Origin: Longimicrobiales bacterium
GTDB taxonomy: Bacteria > Gemmatimonadota > Gemmatimonadetes > Longimicrobiales > Gaopeijiaceae
DNA length: 64,000 bases
Direction: 5' to 3'
Assembly (NCBI GenBank): GCA_963664435.2
Contig: CAXXKM010000003.1
Coordinates: 1,248,001 to 1,312,000, forward strand
Part shown: piece by piece, positions 27,301 through 37,528 of the stretch
How the letters are laid out: every line of letters begins with the position of its first letter
Numbering within the stretch: the first letter of the stretch is position 1
Position numbers and translations under genes: made by a program
Notes under the pieces: model-generated
The model's input: only the letters and a program-made list of their open reading frames with translations
What the model was told of the DNA's origin: nothing
Database searches by the model: none

Positions 27301-28350
27301 TCATCGCCCGACCTCCACATGCAGGTATCCATTGGTCCAGCAACACTGGAATTCGAACTCGGGGATGCGGTTGTACGCAAGTACGCGCACGACGTAGCTG
27401 CCCGGCTCGCTGAAGGTCGCGTCCGTGATCACCGCCGCGCCGCCCTCCGCGCTCCACGCCTCATGGGGGACCTCGGCCTCCGGCTCGCCGAACGTTACGC
27501 GGCCGGGGCCGCGGTGCTTGAACCACCTGAGGTGGATCGGGCGCAGGTCATCGGGGAAAACGCCGTCCCGGTGGGCCCACGCCACCAGGCGCACGGGCTC
27601 ACCCGCTTTCGCGCTCACCGGCCCCGCCGAGATGCCGGCAGGACCCTGGGCCCCGGTGCCATCGCGCTCCAGCCGCAGCACCGGCGAGGAACTCTCCCTT
27701 CCCGGGAAAACCCACCCGTTGATCTGGTAGTGCGGGCTCCGGATCCGTCCCGGAACGGAATAGGTGCGCCCGTCGTGGCGCAGGCTCCAGACCACGTCTC
27801 CGTCCCCGAAGTCGGAGGGGACCGTGACTGTAAAGACCCCCCAATGACGGCGGTCTCCCTCCGGCACCGGGAGGAAGTGCGTGGGTTGGACGCCGTCGTA
27901 GACGCTCGGCTCGAGGAAGTTGTCCTCCCCCAGCGGAATATCGAGGATCTCCTCGGTGTTTACGTTGAAGTAGCCGAAGGAGAGGGCGTATGAGCCGTCC
28001 GGCAACCGGTACCAGCCCTCGAAGATGGGGATGACCGGGCCGCCCGAGGGGCGCAGGAAGTCGAGGTTGAACTGGGTTTCGCCGGGTTCCGCGACGCGCT
28101 GCTGGGAGGCGCGGGGGACCTGGGCTTCGAGGGGCGCCGAGAGGCAGGCGGCAGCCGCGGAGACGGCCAGCGCAGGCGCGAGCGCGAGACGGCGCGTCCA
28201 TCGCCCGATGCGGCGACCGCCGCCAGCGACGAGTGCCGCCGTCATGCGGCGCGGCCTCCGCTCGCGATGATGGCTATTGAGCGCGCGGCGTCCTGCAGGA
28301 AACGCATCGATCGGCACGGTGGACGCGCCAGTCGTAACCCGGGGTCTCAT
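27301..28350 (-). CDS. Conserved hypothetical exported protein (alternative start 28245)
   Basis: PVIPIFEGWY...FGYFNVN...QPTHFLP...GVFTVTVP...W.KHRGPG.V.F; lies between the PQQ dehydrogenase and monooxygenase genes. Confidence 0.7.
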   Translation of the reverse strand: MRPRVTTGASTVPIDAFPAGRRALNSHHRERRPRRMTAALVAGGGRRIGRWTRRLALAPALAVSAAAACLSAPLEAQVPRASQQRVAEPGETQFNLDFLRPSGGPVIPIFEGWYRLPDGSYALSFGYFNVNTEEILDIPLGEDNFLEPSVYDGVQPTHFLPVPEGDRRHWGVFTVTVPSDFGDGDVVWSLRHDGRTYSVPGRIRSPHYQINGWVFPGRESSSPVLRLERDGTGAQGPAGISAGPVSAKAGEPVRLVAWAHRDGVFPDDLRPIHLRWFKHRGPGRVTFGEPEAEVPHEAWSAEGGAAVITDATFSEPGSYVVRVLAYNRIPEFEFQCCWTNGYLHVEVGR

Positions 28351-28358
28351 TCGCTTCC

Positions 28359-30617
28359 TCAGGGCTCGCTCAACTTGAAGACGTACAGGGCGTTGTGCCC
28401 CTCGGGACTCACCAGCTCCGGGGTCAGGAAGGTGGGGATGCGCCAGGGGCTGCCTCCGCCGCGCGCGGTCGCCACCGCCACGTACTGCACGCCGTCGACC
28501 TCGTAGGCAATCGGGTATCCCATCACCGAGGTGCCCAGGCGGCTCCGCCACAGCACCTCGCCGGTGCGCACGTCGTAGGCGCGGATCCAGCGGTCGAAGT
28601 CGCCGACGAAGACGAGGCCTCCCGCCGTGGTCAGCGCCGCGGTCAGGAAGGGTGCATGCTGCTCGATGCTCCACACTTCGTCGAGGGTGGCCACGTCATA
28701 GGCCGCCAGCTTGCCGAAGTTGCCGTCCGTGCCGGGCATCTCCATCCACGCGCGGTCGCCCTGGTTGCCGCCGGAGCCTGGCTCCAGCACCGTCTCCCGT
28801 CCGGCGATCTCCATGCAGCTCTGGCTCAGCGGCGTGACCAGGAGGCCGGACTGCGGATGGTATCCGCTCGCCGGCCAGTTGTGGCCGCCGGCGGTCGAGG
28901 GGCAGACCGAGAGCCACTCGTCGATCTTGGCGTTGGCAATATCATCTCTATATTGAACGGCGCCTGTATTATAATCTATATTCAATATGTTCTGATATAC
29001 GGTCTCCGTAAGTCCCAGGAACGCGCCGTCGCGTCGGTCCAGCTTCCACAGGATGCCGTGCTTGCCGATGGAGATGACCGTGGGTTCGCCGTTCACGTCC
29101 AGCAGCACGCGCTCGAGCGCCTCGTCCATGTCCAGCGATTCGCCCGGGACGTGGGTGTAGTACCAGGCGATGCTTCCGTCCTCGACGCGGAGGGCGAGGG
29201 TGGAGTTGGCGTAGGCGGTGGAATCGGCCGTGGTGAGGCCTCGGCTCGCCGCCACCCACGGCTTTGCCTGAGCGGTGCCGAAGTAGACCAGCCCGAGCTC
29301 CGGATCCCAGCTGCCGGTCATCCAGACGTCGGCCCCGCCGCGCAGCTCGAAGGGCAGGTCGCCCCAGGTGTCGCCGCCGGGCTCGCCGGGGCGGGCCACG
29401 GTGTAGGTGCGCCAGAGTTGGCGGCCGGTGCGGGCGTCGTGGGCCGTGATGAAGCAGCTTTCCTCGTAGAAGCGGCCGCAGCCGTTGATCCCGTTGATGA
29501 CTCTGCCGTCGGCCACGATTGGACCCGTGCTGTTCGAGTAGCCCTTCTCCGGGTCGGCGATACGGGTCTCCCAGCGGACGGTCCCGGTGGCGGCATCGAG
29601 CGCCACCATGTGGGCGTCGGCGGTGGCCACGTAGAGGAGGTCCTCCCAGATGGCGAGGGTGCGCAGCTGCCCGCGCGGGCCGCCCTCGAAGCGGCGGCGG
29701 TATTCCCACAGCGGGGTGCCGTCGGCCGCATCCAGCGCCTGCACCACGTTGCCGGGATTGCTGAGGAAGAGAACCCCATCGCGAACCAGGGGCGCCTGCT
29801 GGCTGCGCCCGTCCTCCATCCCCCACGACCAGGCGAGCTGCAAGCGGTGGACGTTCGACGCGTCGACCTGGTCGAGCGGGCTGTACCCCCACGAGCCCGG
29901 GTTGCCGCGCCAGTGCAGCCAGTCGGCCGCGGGGGGATCGGCCAGGTCGGCGTCGGAGGCGGGGGCGGGGGCTGCGGGGCGCCAGGTGCGGGTCACGCCG
30001 GTCGGGGTCTCGGTGAACTCGCCGACCCCGCCCGGTGGCGGCCCGGTCAGCGCGTGCGGCGAGGGACCGGTGCCGGGCTGGCCGGGAACGGGGGGGACGA
30101 CGGGGGGCGCGGAGATGTCTTGTAGGGATGCGGGCGCATCTTCGGTCGCCTGGCCCGCAGCGGCCTCCGTACCGGCCGAGGCATCCCCGGGCTGCGATGG
30201 CGTGGCCGCCCCGGCCGGCTCGCCCCCGAGCGAGACCCCTCCCAAGCTTCCCCCGTTCTCCCTGATGATGTACGCCACCACGGCAGCGTACTCCGCGTCG
30301 CTCAGGGACTCGGGTGCGTCCTCCGGCATGGTCGACCGGATATTCTCGAGCAGCTCACCGATAGGCTCGCTCCCCCAGGCCCTGCGGAAGCTCCGGCCAG
30401 CGAGCTCCGGAGCCTCGAAGTCACCCCGCAGGTTGGCCAGGTGGCAGTCGGCGCAGGCGTCCCGATACACGCCCTCGCCTGCTTCCGCCTGCTCGTGGGT
30501 GTAGACCGGCACATCCGTTGCATCGGCTTGCAGGCCGACGACCGGAGACGGACGCGCGGCTGCAGTGACGGCCAGCGCCGGAACTATCAGAAGAAGAGGC
30601 CTCACATATCGCGCCAC
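28359..30617 (-). CDS. PQQ-dependent alcohol-type dehydrogenase with an N-terminal cytochrome c domain
   Basis: [32 protein letters not shown] repeats; [39 protein letters not shown]. Confidence 0.9.
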   Translation of the reverse strand: MARYVRPLLLIVPALAVTAAARPSPVVGLQADATDVPVYTHEQAEAGEGVYRDACADCHLANLRGDFEAPELAGRSFRRAWGSEPIGELLENIRSTMPEDAPESLSDAEYAAVVAYIIRENGGSLGGVSLGGEPAGAATPSQPGDASAGTEAAAGQATEDAPASLQDISAPPVVPPVPGQPGTGPSPHALTGPPPGGVGEFTETPTGVTRTWRPAAPAPASDADLADPPAADWLHWRGNPGSWGYSPLDQVDASNVHRLQLAWSWGMEDGRSQQAPLVRDGVLFLSNPGNVVQALDAADGTPLWEYRRRFEGGPRGQLRTLAIWEDLLYVATADAHMVALDAATGTVRWETRIADPEKGYSNSTGPIVADGRVINGINGCGRFYEESCFITAHDARTGRQLWRTYTVARPGEPGGDTWGDLPFELRGGADVWMTGSWDPELGLVYFGTAQAKPWVAASRGLTTADSTAYANSTLALRVEDGSIAWYYTHVPGESLDMDEALERVLLDVNGEPTVISIGKHGILWKLDRRDGAFLGLTETVYQNILNIDYNTGAVQYRDDIANAKIDEWLSVCPSTAGGHNWPASGYHPQSGLLVTPLSQSCMEIAGRETVLEPGSGGNQGDRAWMEMPGTDGNFGKLAAYDVATLDEVWSIEQHAPFLTAALTTAGGLVFVGDFDRWIRAYDVRTGEVLWRSRLGTSVMGYPIAYEVDGVQYVAVATARGGGSPWRIPTFLTPELVSPEGHNALYVFKLSEP

Positions 30618-30770
30618 GACGCATCTCGCCTGCGACAGGATGGTGAACTCACATTCTCAGGATGCCGCCGCTCGACCAACCGGGCAAGACAGCGTGGCTG
30701 GCTTCGGCGGACGGCGGAACCGATGGTCCCGCGCGCTGTAAGGGACGCTCGGCCAGGGCCGAGTATCGAC

Positions 30771-32018
30771 TCACGGCTCGCCCCGCGTGAGCCGCAGCAC
30801 CTGGGGATGCTCGACATCCAGCTCGTCGTGCCAGACGCCGAGGACGGCGTCCAAGGTGATGTCTGTCAGACTGAAGCGATCCGGAGCCTTGACGGTCCCG
30901 TGCCAGATGCCGCCGATATCGAGCACCAGCCATTCCTGCGGCCTGTCCATTTCACTCAATCCCCGGTACAACTCCAGCCACACCGCTCCAGCCGGGTCCA
31001 CCAGCATTTGTACGAACGCGGGTCGGGTTGGGGGGGTGGGCAGCGCCTCGATGCTTCGACGGATGAGGGGGTGAAGCGTGACGCCCGGAGGAAGATCGAC
31101 GTCGAGATAGGCTTCGCGTTCGGCGGCGACCTCGGCACTGGCAAGGGCCAGGTCATAGCCGGGGACGCGAAGGATGCGAACGATGTTGCCCGCCAGATCC
31201 AATTCCTCGACCTGCATCAGATCCGAGGATCCGAAGAAGACCCGTGGTCCGAGAGTGGCGATTTCCGCGTCTCTTCCAAACAGGGGCGGCCTACTCCCGG
31301 AGTAGTCCTCAAAGGCGAAGGAGTAGAACTCGCGTCCCGGCCACTCGCCGATGCTGTCGATCCGGATGCCTTCCCGGTCGAACCGGCCAAGTACGATCGG
31401 GGGACGGATCATTCGGTTCGCGATCTCCACAGGTCCGCGATCCATGAGCGACTCGCCAAGCAGCGTCCCGTCACCCGGAGAATGGATTTCGTGGACGCTG
31501 AAGGGCAGCGTGAAGGTCCGGACCAGCTCCATATCGGGACCCACTACGGTCACCCGTCCCCCGGAGTCGAGTGCGAACACCGTGTCGGCGACGAATTCGA
31601 TCTGTTGGATGTCGCTGAACTCGCCAGGGCCCTCTCCTGGCCCACCCAGCGCCCCCAGGAACTCCCCTTCGGCCGAATAATGGCGTAGTTGCCGGGACGC
31701 TCGATCGGCAAGCAGGAGCGAGCCGTCCGGCCGCTGCCGGAGGCCGCGGACGCGGAAGAACTCGTGGGACGTGCCCGTGCCGGACACAGTCAGATCGACG
31801 AGCGGATCCGGATCGATGCTCCAGAGGCTCGACTCACCCCATAGCGGGCGCGTCGCCTCGATGATCTCTATGCCGGCGCTGTCGCGTTGGACGATCAGGG
31901 ACAGGCCGGAGTCCTGGGGCGAACAGGACACAATCCCACACAGCAGGAGGGCGGCAACCCGAAGATCGACGATCCAGGGTGAGGACATCGTTATTGCTGG
32001 CCCGTGGAGGTCGGGCAT
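30771..32018 (-). CDS. 6-bladed beta-propeller lipoprotein (array copy 4)
   Basis: VSC lipobox, RDSAGIEIIE, GGPGEGPGEF and DELDVEHPQVLRL. Confidence 0.85.
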   Translation of the reverse strand: MPDLHGPAITMSSPWIVDLRVAALLLCGIVSCSPQDSGLSLIVQRDSAGIEIIEATRPLWGESSLWSIDPDPLVDLTVSGTGTSHEFFRVRGLRQRPDGSLLLADRASRQLRHYSAEGEFLGALGGPGEGPGEFSDIQQIEFVADTVFALDSGGRVTVVGPDMELVRTFTLPFSVHEIHSPGDGTLLGESLMDRGPVEIANRMIRPPIVLGRFDREGIRIDSIGEWPGREFYSFAFEDYSGSRPPLFGRDAEIATLGPRVFFGSSDLMQVEELDLAGNIVRILRVPGYDLALASAEVAAEREAYLDVDLPPGVTLHPLIRRSIEALPTPPTRPAFVQMLVDPAGAVWLELYRGLSEMDRPQEWLVLDIGGIWHGTVKAPDRFSLTDITLDAVLGVWHDELDVEHPQVLRLTRGEP

Positions 32019-32019
32019 C

Positions 32020-33264
32020 TCAGTTACGCGTCAGCCGAAGAACCTGCGGATGCTCGACATCCATTTCATCGCGCCAAACGCCGAGTACGGCGTCCACGGT
32101 GATGTCCGTCACCCTGAAGCGATCGGGAACTTCGACGGTTCCGAGCCAGGTTCCATCGGCGTCCAGAATGAGCCATTCCTGCGGGCGGTCCTGTTCGCTT
32201 CTTCCGCGGTACAGCTCGAGCCAGACCGCGGCCGACGGGTCCACGAGCATTTCTGCGTAGGCGGGCCGGGCAACCGGCGAGGGCAATGCCGCGTTAATCC
32301 GCCGGATGAACGGAGGAAGCGTCATGCCGGGGGGAAGCTCGACGTCGAGGTGGGCATCCCGTTCCGCCGCGACCTGGGCATCGGTCAAGGCCAGGGGATA
32401 GTCGGGAATGCGAAGGATGCGCACAACAGTTCCGGTCATGCCCAACTCGTCCACCTGCATCAAATCGGAAGAACCCCGGAAGATGCGCCGGCCCAGGACC
32501 GCGATGTGGGATCTCCTCGCGAAGAGGGACGCCGCGTCCGCCCATTGTTCCTCGTCACGATACACGTAGCTTTCGGACCCGCGCGTCTCGCCGATGCTGT
32601 CGATCCGGACCCCATTCAGGTCGAAGAGCATGAGAGCCTCCGGGGGCCGAACCAGTTCGTTGGCGACATCCTCCCACGCTGCCGGCGAGTATGACTCCGT
32701 CAGGATGGCGCCGGCGCCGAGGTAGTACAGATCGGTCGTCGAGTGAGGAAGGGTAAGGGTGCGAAGCACTGCCAGATCGGAGGCGACCACGGTGACGCGT
32801 CCGTCATAGTCCAGGGCCAGCAGGGTGTCGCCGGCGTGCTTGATGCGCTGGAGGTTGCTGAATTCTCCGGGGCCCTGGCCGGGCCCGCCGAAGGATCCCA
32901 GGTGCTCGCCGGATCCCGTGAACACCCGCACTTCCTGCGAGTTGCGGTCGATCACCGCGATGGACCCGTCGGGACGACGCATTACGGTGCCGACGCGGAA
33001 GAACTCGTGGGCGGGGCTGGAACCGGAAAGGGTCAGATCGAGGACGGGTTCCGGATCGATGCTCCAGAGGCTCGAATCGCCCCAGAGCGGCCGCATCGCC
33101 TCGACGACCTGGATGCCGGCGCTGTCCCGCTGAACGACCAGGGGCGGGCCGGCATCCCCGGGAGAGCAGGAGACCATGCCGAAGACCACGAGGAATGCGG
33201 CCCTCCTGAGACGGACAGCCGATTGTGAAGCCATTGTCATTCCTCGCCCGGGGGTATCGGACAT
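32020..33264 (-). CDS. 6-bladed beta-propeller lipoprotein (array copy 3)
   Basis: Same motifs as its neighbours: RDSAGIQVVE, GGPGQGPGEF and DEMDVEHPQVLRLTRN. Confidence 0.85.
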   Translation of the reverse strand: MSDTPGRGMTMASQSAVRLRRAAFLVVFGMVSCSPGDAGPPLVVQRDSAGIQVVEAMRPLWGDSSLWSIDPEPVLDLTLSGSSPAHEFFRVGTVMRRPDGSIAVIDRNSQEVRVFTGSGEHLGSFGGPGQGPGEFSNLQRIKHAGDTLLALDYDGRVTVVASDLAVLRTLTLPHSTTDLYYLGAGAILTESYSPAAWEDVANELVRPPEALMLFDLNGVRIDSIGETRGSESYVYRDEEQWADAASLFARRSHIAVLGRRIFRGSSDLMQVDELGMTGTVVRILRIPDYPLALTDAQVAAERDAHLDVELPPGMTLPPFIRRINAALPSPVARPAYAEMLVDPSAAVWLELYRGRSEQDRPQEWLILDADGTWLGTVEVPDRFRVTDITVDAVLGVWRDEMDVEHPQVLRLTRN

Positions 33265-33266
33265 CT

Positions 33267-34481
33267 TCAGTTGCGCGTCAGCCGCAGCACCTGCGGATGG
33301 TCGACATCCAGTTCGTCGTCCCAGACACCGAGTACGGCATCCATGGTGATGTCCGACACGCTGAAGCGGTCCGGGATCTCGACTGTCCCGAGCCAGGTCC
33401 CATCAGCGTCCAGAACCAGCCATTCCTCCGGCTGGTCCTGCTCGCTCGCTCCGCGGTAGAGTTCGAGCCAGACCGCCCCCGAGGGGTCGACCAGGATGTC
33501 GTTGTAGGCAGGGCGTGTATCCGACGCGGGCGCGTCTTCGAACCCCTGCCGAAAGGGAGAGCCGGGCGGACTTCGGTCGAGAAAGAAATCCCGCTCTGCG
33601 GCGATCTGGGCGTCGCTCAGGTCGAGGGGGTAGCCGGGAATGCGCAGGATGCGCACGGGATTCCCGGAAACATCCAGCTCCTCCACCTGCATGATGTCGT
33701 TGGCGCCATTGAAGATGCGCTGTCCCATGGCCGCGATGTGAGATGATTTGCCGAAGAATACGCCGACCGTCCCGCCGTATACATAAAGCTCGGGTCCTCG
33801 TGTCTCGCCGATGCTGTCGATCTGCTCTCCTTCCAGATCGAAGAGGACGAGCGGATCAGGCCGCCGAGTCCTCCCGGCGACACCGGCCTGGGGCAACACC
33901 AGCGCCCGCGGCTCAGGGAGGATCGCTCCGCCGTCCACGTAGTGCAGGTCCAGCGTCAAGGGAGCGATGTTGAAGGTCCGGACCACAGTCAGGTCTGGGG
34001 CAACCACCGCGACGCGTCCATCGGAATCCATGGCCAGCAAGGTGTCTCCGGCATTCTCGATCACATACAGGCTCCTGAATTCGCCTGGTCCGTCTCCACT
34101 CCCGCCGAACGACCCCTGGAACTCGCCGGTCGCGGAGTACACCCGCACCTCCTCCGAGCCCGTGTTGGCAATCATGAGAGAGCCGTCCGGACGCTGCTTC
34201 ATGCTGCGGGCCTGATAGAACTCATGCTGCGGGCCGCTACCGGTAAGCGTGAGGTCCACGACCGGTTCCGGATCGATGCTCCAGAGGCTCGAATCGCCCC
34301 AGAGCGGCCGCATCGCCTCGATGATCTGGATGCCGGCGCTGTCCCGCTGGACGACCAGGGGCGGGCCGGCATCCCCGGGAGAGCAGGATGCCATGCCGAA
34401 GACCACGAGTAATGCGGCCCTCCTGAGACGGACAGCCGATTGTGAAGCCATTGTCATTCCTCGCCCAGGGGTATCGGACAT
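33267..34481 (-). CDS. 6-bladed beta-propeller lipoprotein (array copy 2)
   Basis: N-terminus nearly identical to copy 3; GGSGDGPGEF. Confidence 0.85.
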   Translation of the reverse strand: MSDTPGRGMTMASQSAVRLRRAALLVVFGMASCSPGDAGPPLVVQRDSAGIQIIEAMRPLWGDSSLWSIDPEPVVDLTLTGSGPQHEFYQARSMKQRPDGSLMIANTGSEEVRVYSATGEFQGSFGGSGDGPGEFRSLYVIENAGDTLLAMDSDGRVAVVAPDLTVVRTFNIAPLTLDLHYVDGGAILPEPRALVLPQAGVAGRTRRPDPLVLFDLEGEQIDSIGETRGPELYVYGGTVGVFFGKSSHIAAMGQRIFNGANDIMQVEELDVSGNPVRILRIPGYPLDLSDAQIAAERDFFLDRSPPGSPFRQGFEDAPASDTRPAYNDILVDPSGAVWLELYRGASEQDQPEEWLVLDADGTWLGTVEIPDRFSVSDITMDAVLGVWDDELDVDHPQVLRLTRN

Positions 34482-34483
34482 CT

Positions 34484-35695
34484 TCAGTTGCGCGTCAGCC
34501 GCAGCACCTGCGGATGCTCGACATCCAGTTCATCTTCCCAGACACCGAGCACGGTCTCCATCGTGATGTCCATTACCGTGAAGCGCCGCGGGACCTCGAC
34601 AGTCCCGAGCCAGGTCCCCTCCGGGTCCAGCACCAGCCACGCCCGTGGCCGGTCCTGCTCGCTTTCTCCGCGGAAGAGTTCCAGCCAGACCGCACCGGAG
34701 GGATCCACAAGCAGCTCGGCGTAGGCTGGACGGGTCGCCGCGTCCGGCAGGTCTTCGGCCAACCGCCGGAAGACCGATGTCGACCCCGGCCGAAACGCCC
34801 CGAGACGGGCATCGCGCTCGGCCGCTACCTGGGCGTCGCTCAGGTCCAGCGGATAGCCGGGAATACGGAGAATGCGCACAAGACTGCCGGACATATCCAG
34901 CTCTTCCACCTGCATCGCGTCCGCCGAACCCCGGAAGATGCGCTGTCCCAGGACGGCGATGTGAGATGTCTTGCCAAAAAGGGGCGGGGCCCCCGCGACC
35001 ATTCCGTCTCGGACATACGCATAGCTTTCGATCCCGCGCGTCTCGCCGATGCTGTCGATCCGCTCCCCATCCAGATTGAAGAGAATCAGAGGCTCGGCAT
35101 GCCGATTCACTTCGTTGGGGGCATTCCCCTGAGGCCTCGGCGAGTAGCTCTCGGTCAAGATCGCGCCACCGCCCAGGTAATGCAGGTTGTTGGTGGAGGG
35201 AGCGAGGTTGAAGGTGCGAACCACCGCCAGATCGGGCGCGGCCACCGTGATGCGTCCCCTCCCGAGGGCGAGCAGGCTGTCGCCCGCGATCTCAATCGCC
35301 TGCAGGTTGCTGAATTCGCCGGGACCTTGTCCTCGACCGCCGAAGGACCCCAGGAACTCGCCGGTTGCGGAGAACACCCGCACCTCCTGGGAGCTCCCGT
35401 CGGCAATCATGAGAGAGCCGTCCGGGCGTTGCTTCATACTCCGGGCGCGGAAGAACTCGTGGGGCGGGCCGGTGCCGGAGAGCGAGAGGTCGACGGCCGG
35501 CTCCGTACCGACGCTCCAGAGGCTGGAATCGCCCCACAGCGGCCGCATCGCCTCGACGATCTGGATGCCGGCGCTATCGCGCTCGACCACAAGGGGCGGG
35601 CGGGAGTCCTGACCGGCGGTGAAGGAGGGCAACCCGCACAGCGGAAGAGCGACGAGGCAGCAGAGAATCGACTTGCGGTGAAACGGCTTCGTCAT
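34484..35695 (-). CDS. 6-bladed beta-propeller protein (array copy 1)
   Basis: RDSAGIQIVE, GGRGQGPGEF and DELDVEHPQVLRLTRN. Confidence 0.85.
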   Translation of the reverse strand: MTKPFHRKSILCCLVALPLCGLPSFTAGQDSRPPLVVERDSAGIQIVEAMRPLWGDSSLWSVGTEPAVDLSLSGTGPPHEFFRARSMKQRPDGSLMIADGSSQEVRVFSATGEFLGSFGGRGQGPGEFSNLQAIEIAGDSLLALGRGRITVAAPDLAVVRTFNLAPSTNNLHYLGGGAILTESYSPRPQGNAPNEVNRHAEPLILFNLDGERIDSIGETRGIESYAYVRDGMVAGAPPLFGKTSHIAVLGQRIFRGSADAMQVEELDMSGSLVRILRIPGYPLDLSDAQVAAERDARLGAFRPGSTSVFRRLAEDLPDAATRPAYAELLVDPSGAVWLELFRGESEQDRPRAWLVLDPEGTWLGTVEVPRRFTVMDITMETVLGVWEDELDVEHPQVLRLTRN

Positions 35696-35711
35696 CGTCG
35701 TCCGGCCGTCC

Positions 35712-37223
35712 TTACCAGCTCCACCCCGGATCCACGGCCTTCACCACCATGCCGAGCGCCTCGTACTCGCGGTCGGTGCGGTCGGGGGCGTGGGCAGCCG
35801 CCGAGCGGTGGCTCTGCACGACGATCACCAGGTCGCGCGAGGGGACGATGTAGGTCCGCTGATGCCCGGCCCCGGACGGGTTGTAGGCGTCCGGGGGAAG
35901 CTGGGGAACGCGCCCTCCCCTGCCCTCGGCGTCGGCGGTGTTGAGCCAGAAGAGGCCGCCGTAGTAGGGCTCATCCCAGGCAGGGGCAGGAGACCGCACG
36001 AAGTCAACGAACTCCTCGGTGAGGAGCCGTTCGCCGTTCCACATGCCGCGATTGAGGTAGAGCATCCCGAATCGCGCCCAGTTGCGGGCGGTGCCGTAGT
36101 TGTAGCCGGTGAGCAGAAAGTTGCCGTACGGATCCGTCTCCATGATGAAGCGGCGGATGCCGATCTTGTCGAAGAGGGCGCGCTGCGGCCAGCTCAGGTA
36201 CTCCTCGCCCAGCTCGTTCTCCACCGTGCGTTTGACAATGTAGCCCAGCGTCCAGGGGTCGGAGTTGCGATACCGGCCGACGGTGTTGGGCGGAAACTCG
36301 GCGTCGCGGCTGATGGAGAACTGGAAGGCGTCGATGGGCGCCACGTAGCCCATGCGGTGGTCCACCTGCCCCGGGACGAAGGACGCCGCCATCTGCTCCG
36401 GGCTGGCGTCCGTGTTGCTGAAGCGGAGACCGCTCGACATGCGCAGCAGGTCGGCGATGCGAATCTCGGCGCGCGGGTCGCCGGGCGAATTCTGCCACTC
36501 GGGCACGGGCGCGGGCTGCCAGATCTCCAGGTGCCCCATCTGGATGAGTCGGCCGATCAGGGTCGCGGTCATGCTCTTCGCCATCGACCAACTCTCGAGC
36601 TGCGTGTGCATGTGGATGCCGGGGCCGTAGTCCTCGGCGAGAATGCGCCCGCGATGGACGACCAGGAAGGCGGCCCGGTTGTCGCCCTCGGTGAAGAAGG
36701 TCTCGACGGCCTGGTCGAGCAGTTCGCCGTCCACGCCCTCCGGGAGGGGCTCGTCCGGGAGCATGTCGCCCATCGGCCAAGGGGTGGTTTCGGCGTCCGG
36801 GAGCGCGCTTGCCACCTCGCGCGGCGTGAAGAACACCCCGTCGGTGTCGGGCGGGAGGATCACGCAGCCCTGGTCGCCGAAGTGCCGCGCGCGCGCCGAG
36901 ACCCCGTTCTGCGAGACGGTGATGATGCGCCTGTCCTCGTCCACGTCGAAGACCAGGCTCCCGCCCTCGTAGTCGCGCACCTGCTCCTCGCTGTTCAGCA
37001 CGCTGCCATAGAGCGCCTCGGTGCGGTCACGCTCCGACACCCAGATGCCGGAGCAGTAGCGCTTGGCGGGCCCGCTGAGCAGGTAGTAGAGGGGCGGGCC
37101 GTTCGGGGCTGCGGCTGTCGCCGCGGGATCGGCGGAGGCTGCCGAGCCGGCATCGGCCTCGGTGCATGCGAGCAGGGGCAGGGCAACGACCACGATCGAA
37201 CTGATGACTGCGATCCTTCTCAT
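35712..37223 (-). CDS. Serine hydrolase, beta-lactamase/AmpC-like family lipoprotein
   Basis: SWSMAKS (SxxK), LLRMSSGL, YRNSD, TARNWARFGMLYL and YIVPSRDLVIV. Confidence 0.88.
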   Translation of the reverse strand: MRRIAVISSIVVVALPLLACTEADAGSAASADPAATAAAPNGPPLYYLLSGPAKRYCSGIWVSERDRTEALYGSVLNSEEQVRDYEGGSLVFDVDEDRRIITVSQNGVSARARHFGDQGCVILPPDTDGVFFTPREVASALPDAETTPWPMGDMLPDEPLPEGVDGELLDQAVETFFTEGDNRAAFLVVHRGRILAEDYGPGIHMHTQLESWSMAKSMTATLIGRLIQMGHLEIWQPAPVPEWQNSPGDPRAEIRIADLLRMSSGLRFSNTDASPEQMAASFVPGQVDHRMGYVAPIDAFQFSISRDAEFPPNTVGRYRNSDPWTLGYIVKRTVENELGEEYLSWPQRALFDKIGIRRFIMETDPYGNFLLTGYNYGTARNWARFGMLYLNRGMWNGERLLTEEFVDFVRSPAPAWDEPYYGGLFWLNTADAEGRGGRVPQLPPDAYNPSGAGHQRTYIVPSRDLVIVVQSHRSAAAHAPDRTDREYEALGMVVKAVDPGWSW

Positions 37224-37444
37224 GGTCCCTCTTCTCCCATCGTACCTGATGTGCCGCAGCAGAACGCTGTCGGCGATCGGGTTGCCGCATCACCGGGGCT
37301 CGAGTTGGTGATCGGCCGCAACCGTCATCCCGGCAACATTCCTCCGGGCGTCGGCAACACGCAAGGCATGGTTCGCGGGAGCATCCGACATTGCCCCTGC
37401 AGCGCGTCACCACACACGGCACCCCTGCCGAGTTTTCCTGCCCT

Positions 37445-37472
37445 TTGACAGGAACGAAACACCGAATACGTT
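37445..37472 (+). promoter_or_regulatory. Possible sigma70 promoter of the Xre-RES operon
   Basis: TTGACA-N16-TACGTT, about 55 bp upstream of the ATG at 37529. Confidence 0.4.
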
Positions 37473-37528
37473 CATATCGTCGTCAACTGACGTTCATTTG
37501 GACATTTCCGATCGCGAGAGGGAGCGCT

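Noticed and set aside
28960..28992. dif (XerCD) site in the AT-rich patch
   Set aside because: ATAA-TCTATA-TT resembles the dif centre, but the right arm TTCAATATGTT does not match the conserved XerD arm TTATGTTAAAT.
30771..35695. Diversity-generating retroelement or integron cassette array
   Set aside because: No reverse transcriptase or IntI in the window, no room for attC sites between the genes, and I saw no adenine-restricted pattern of differences.
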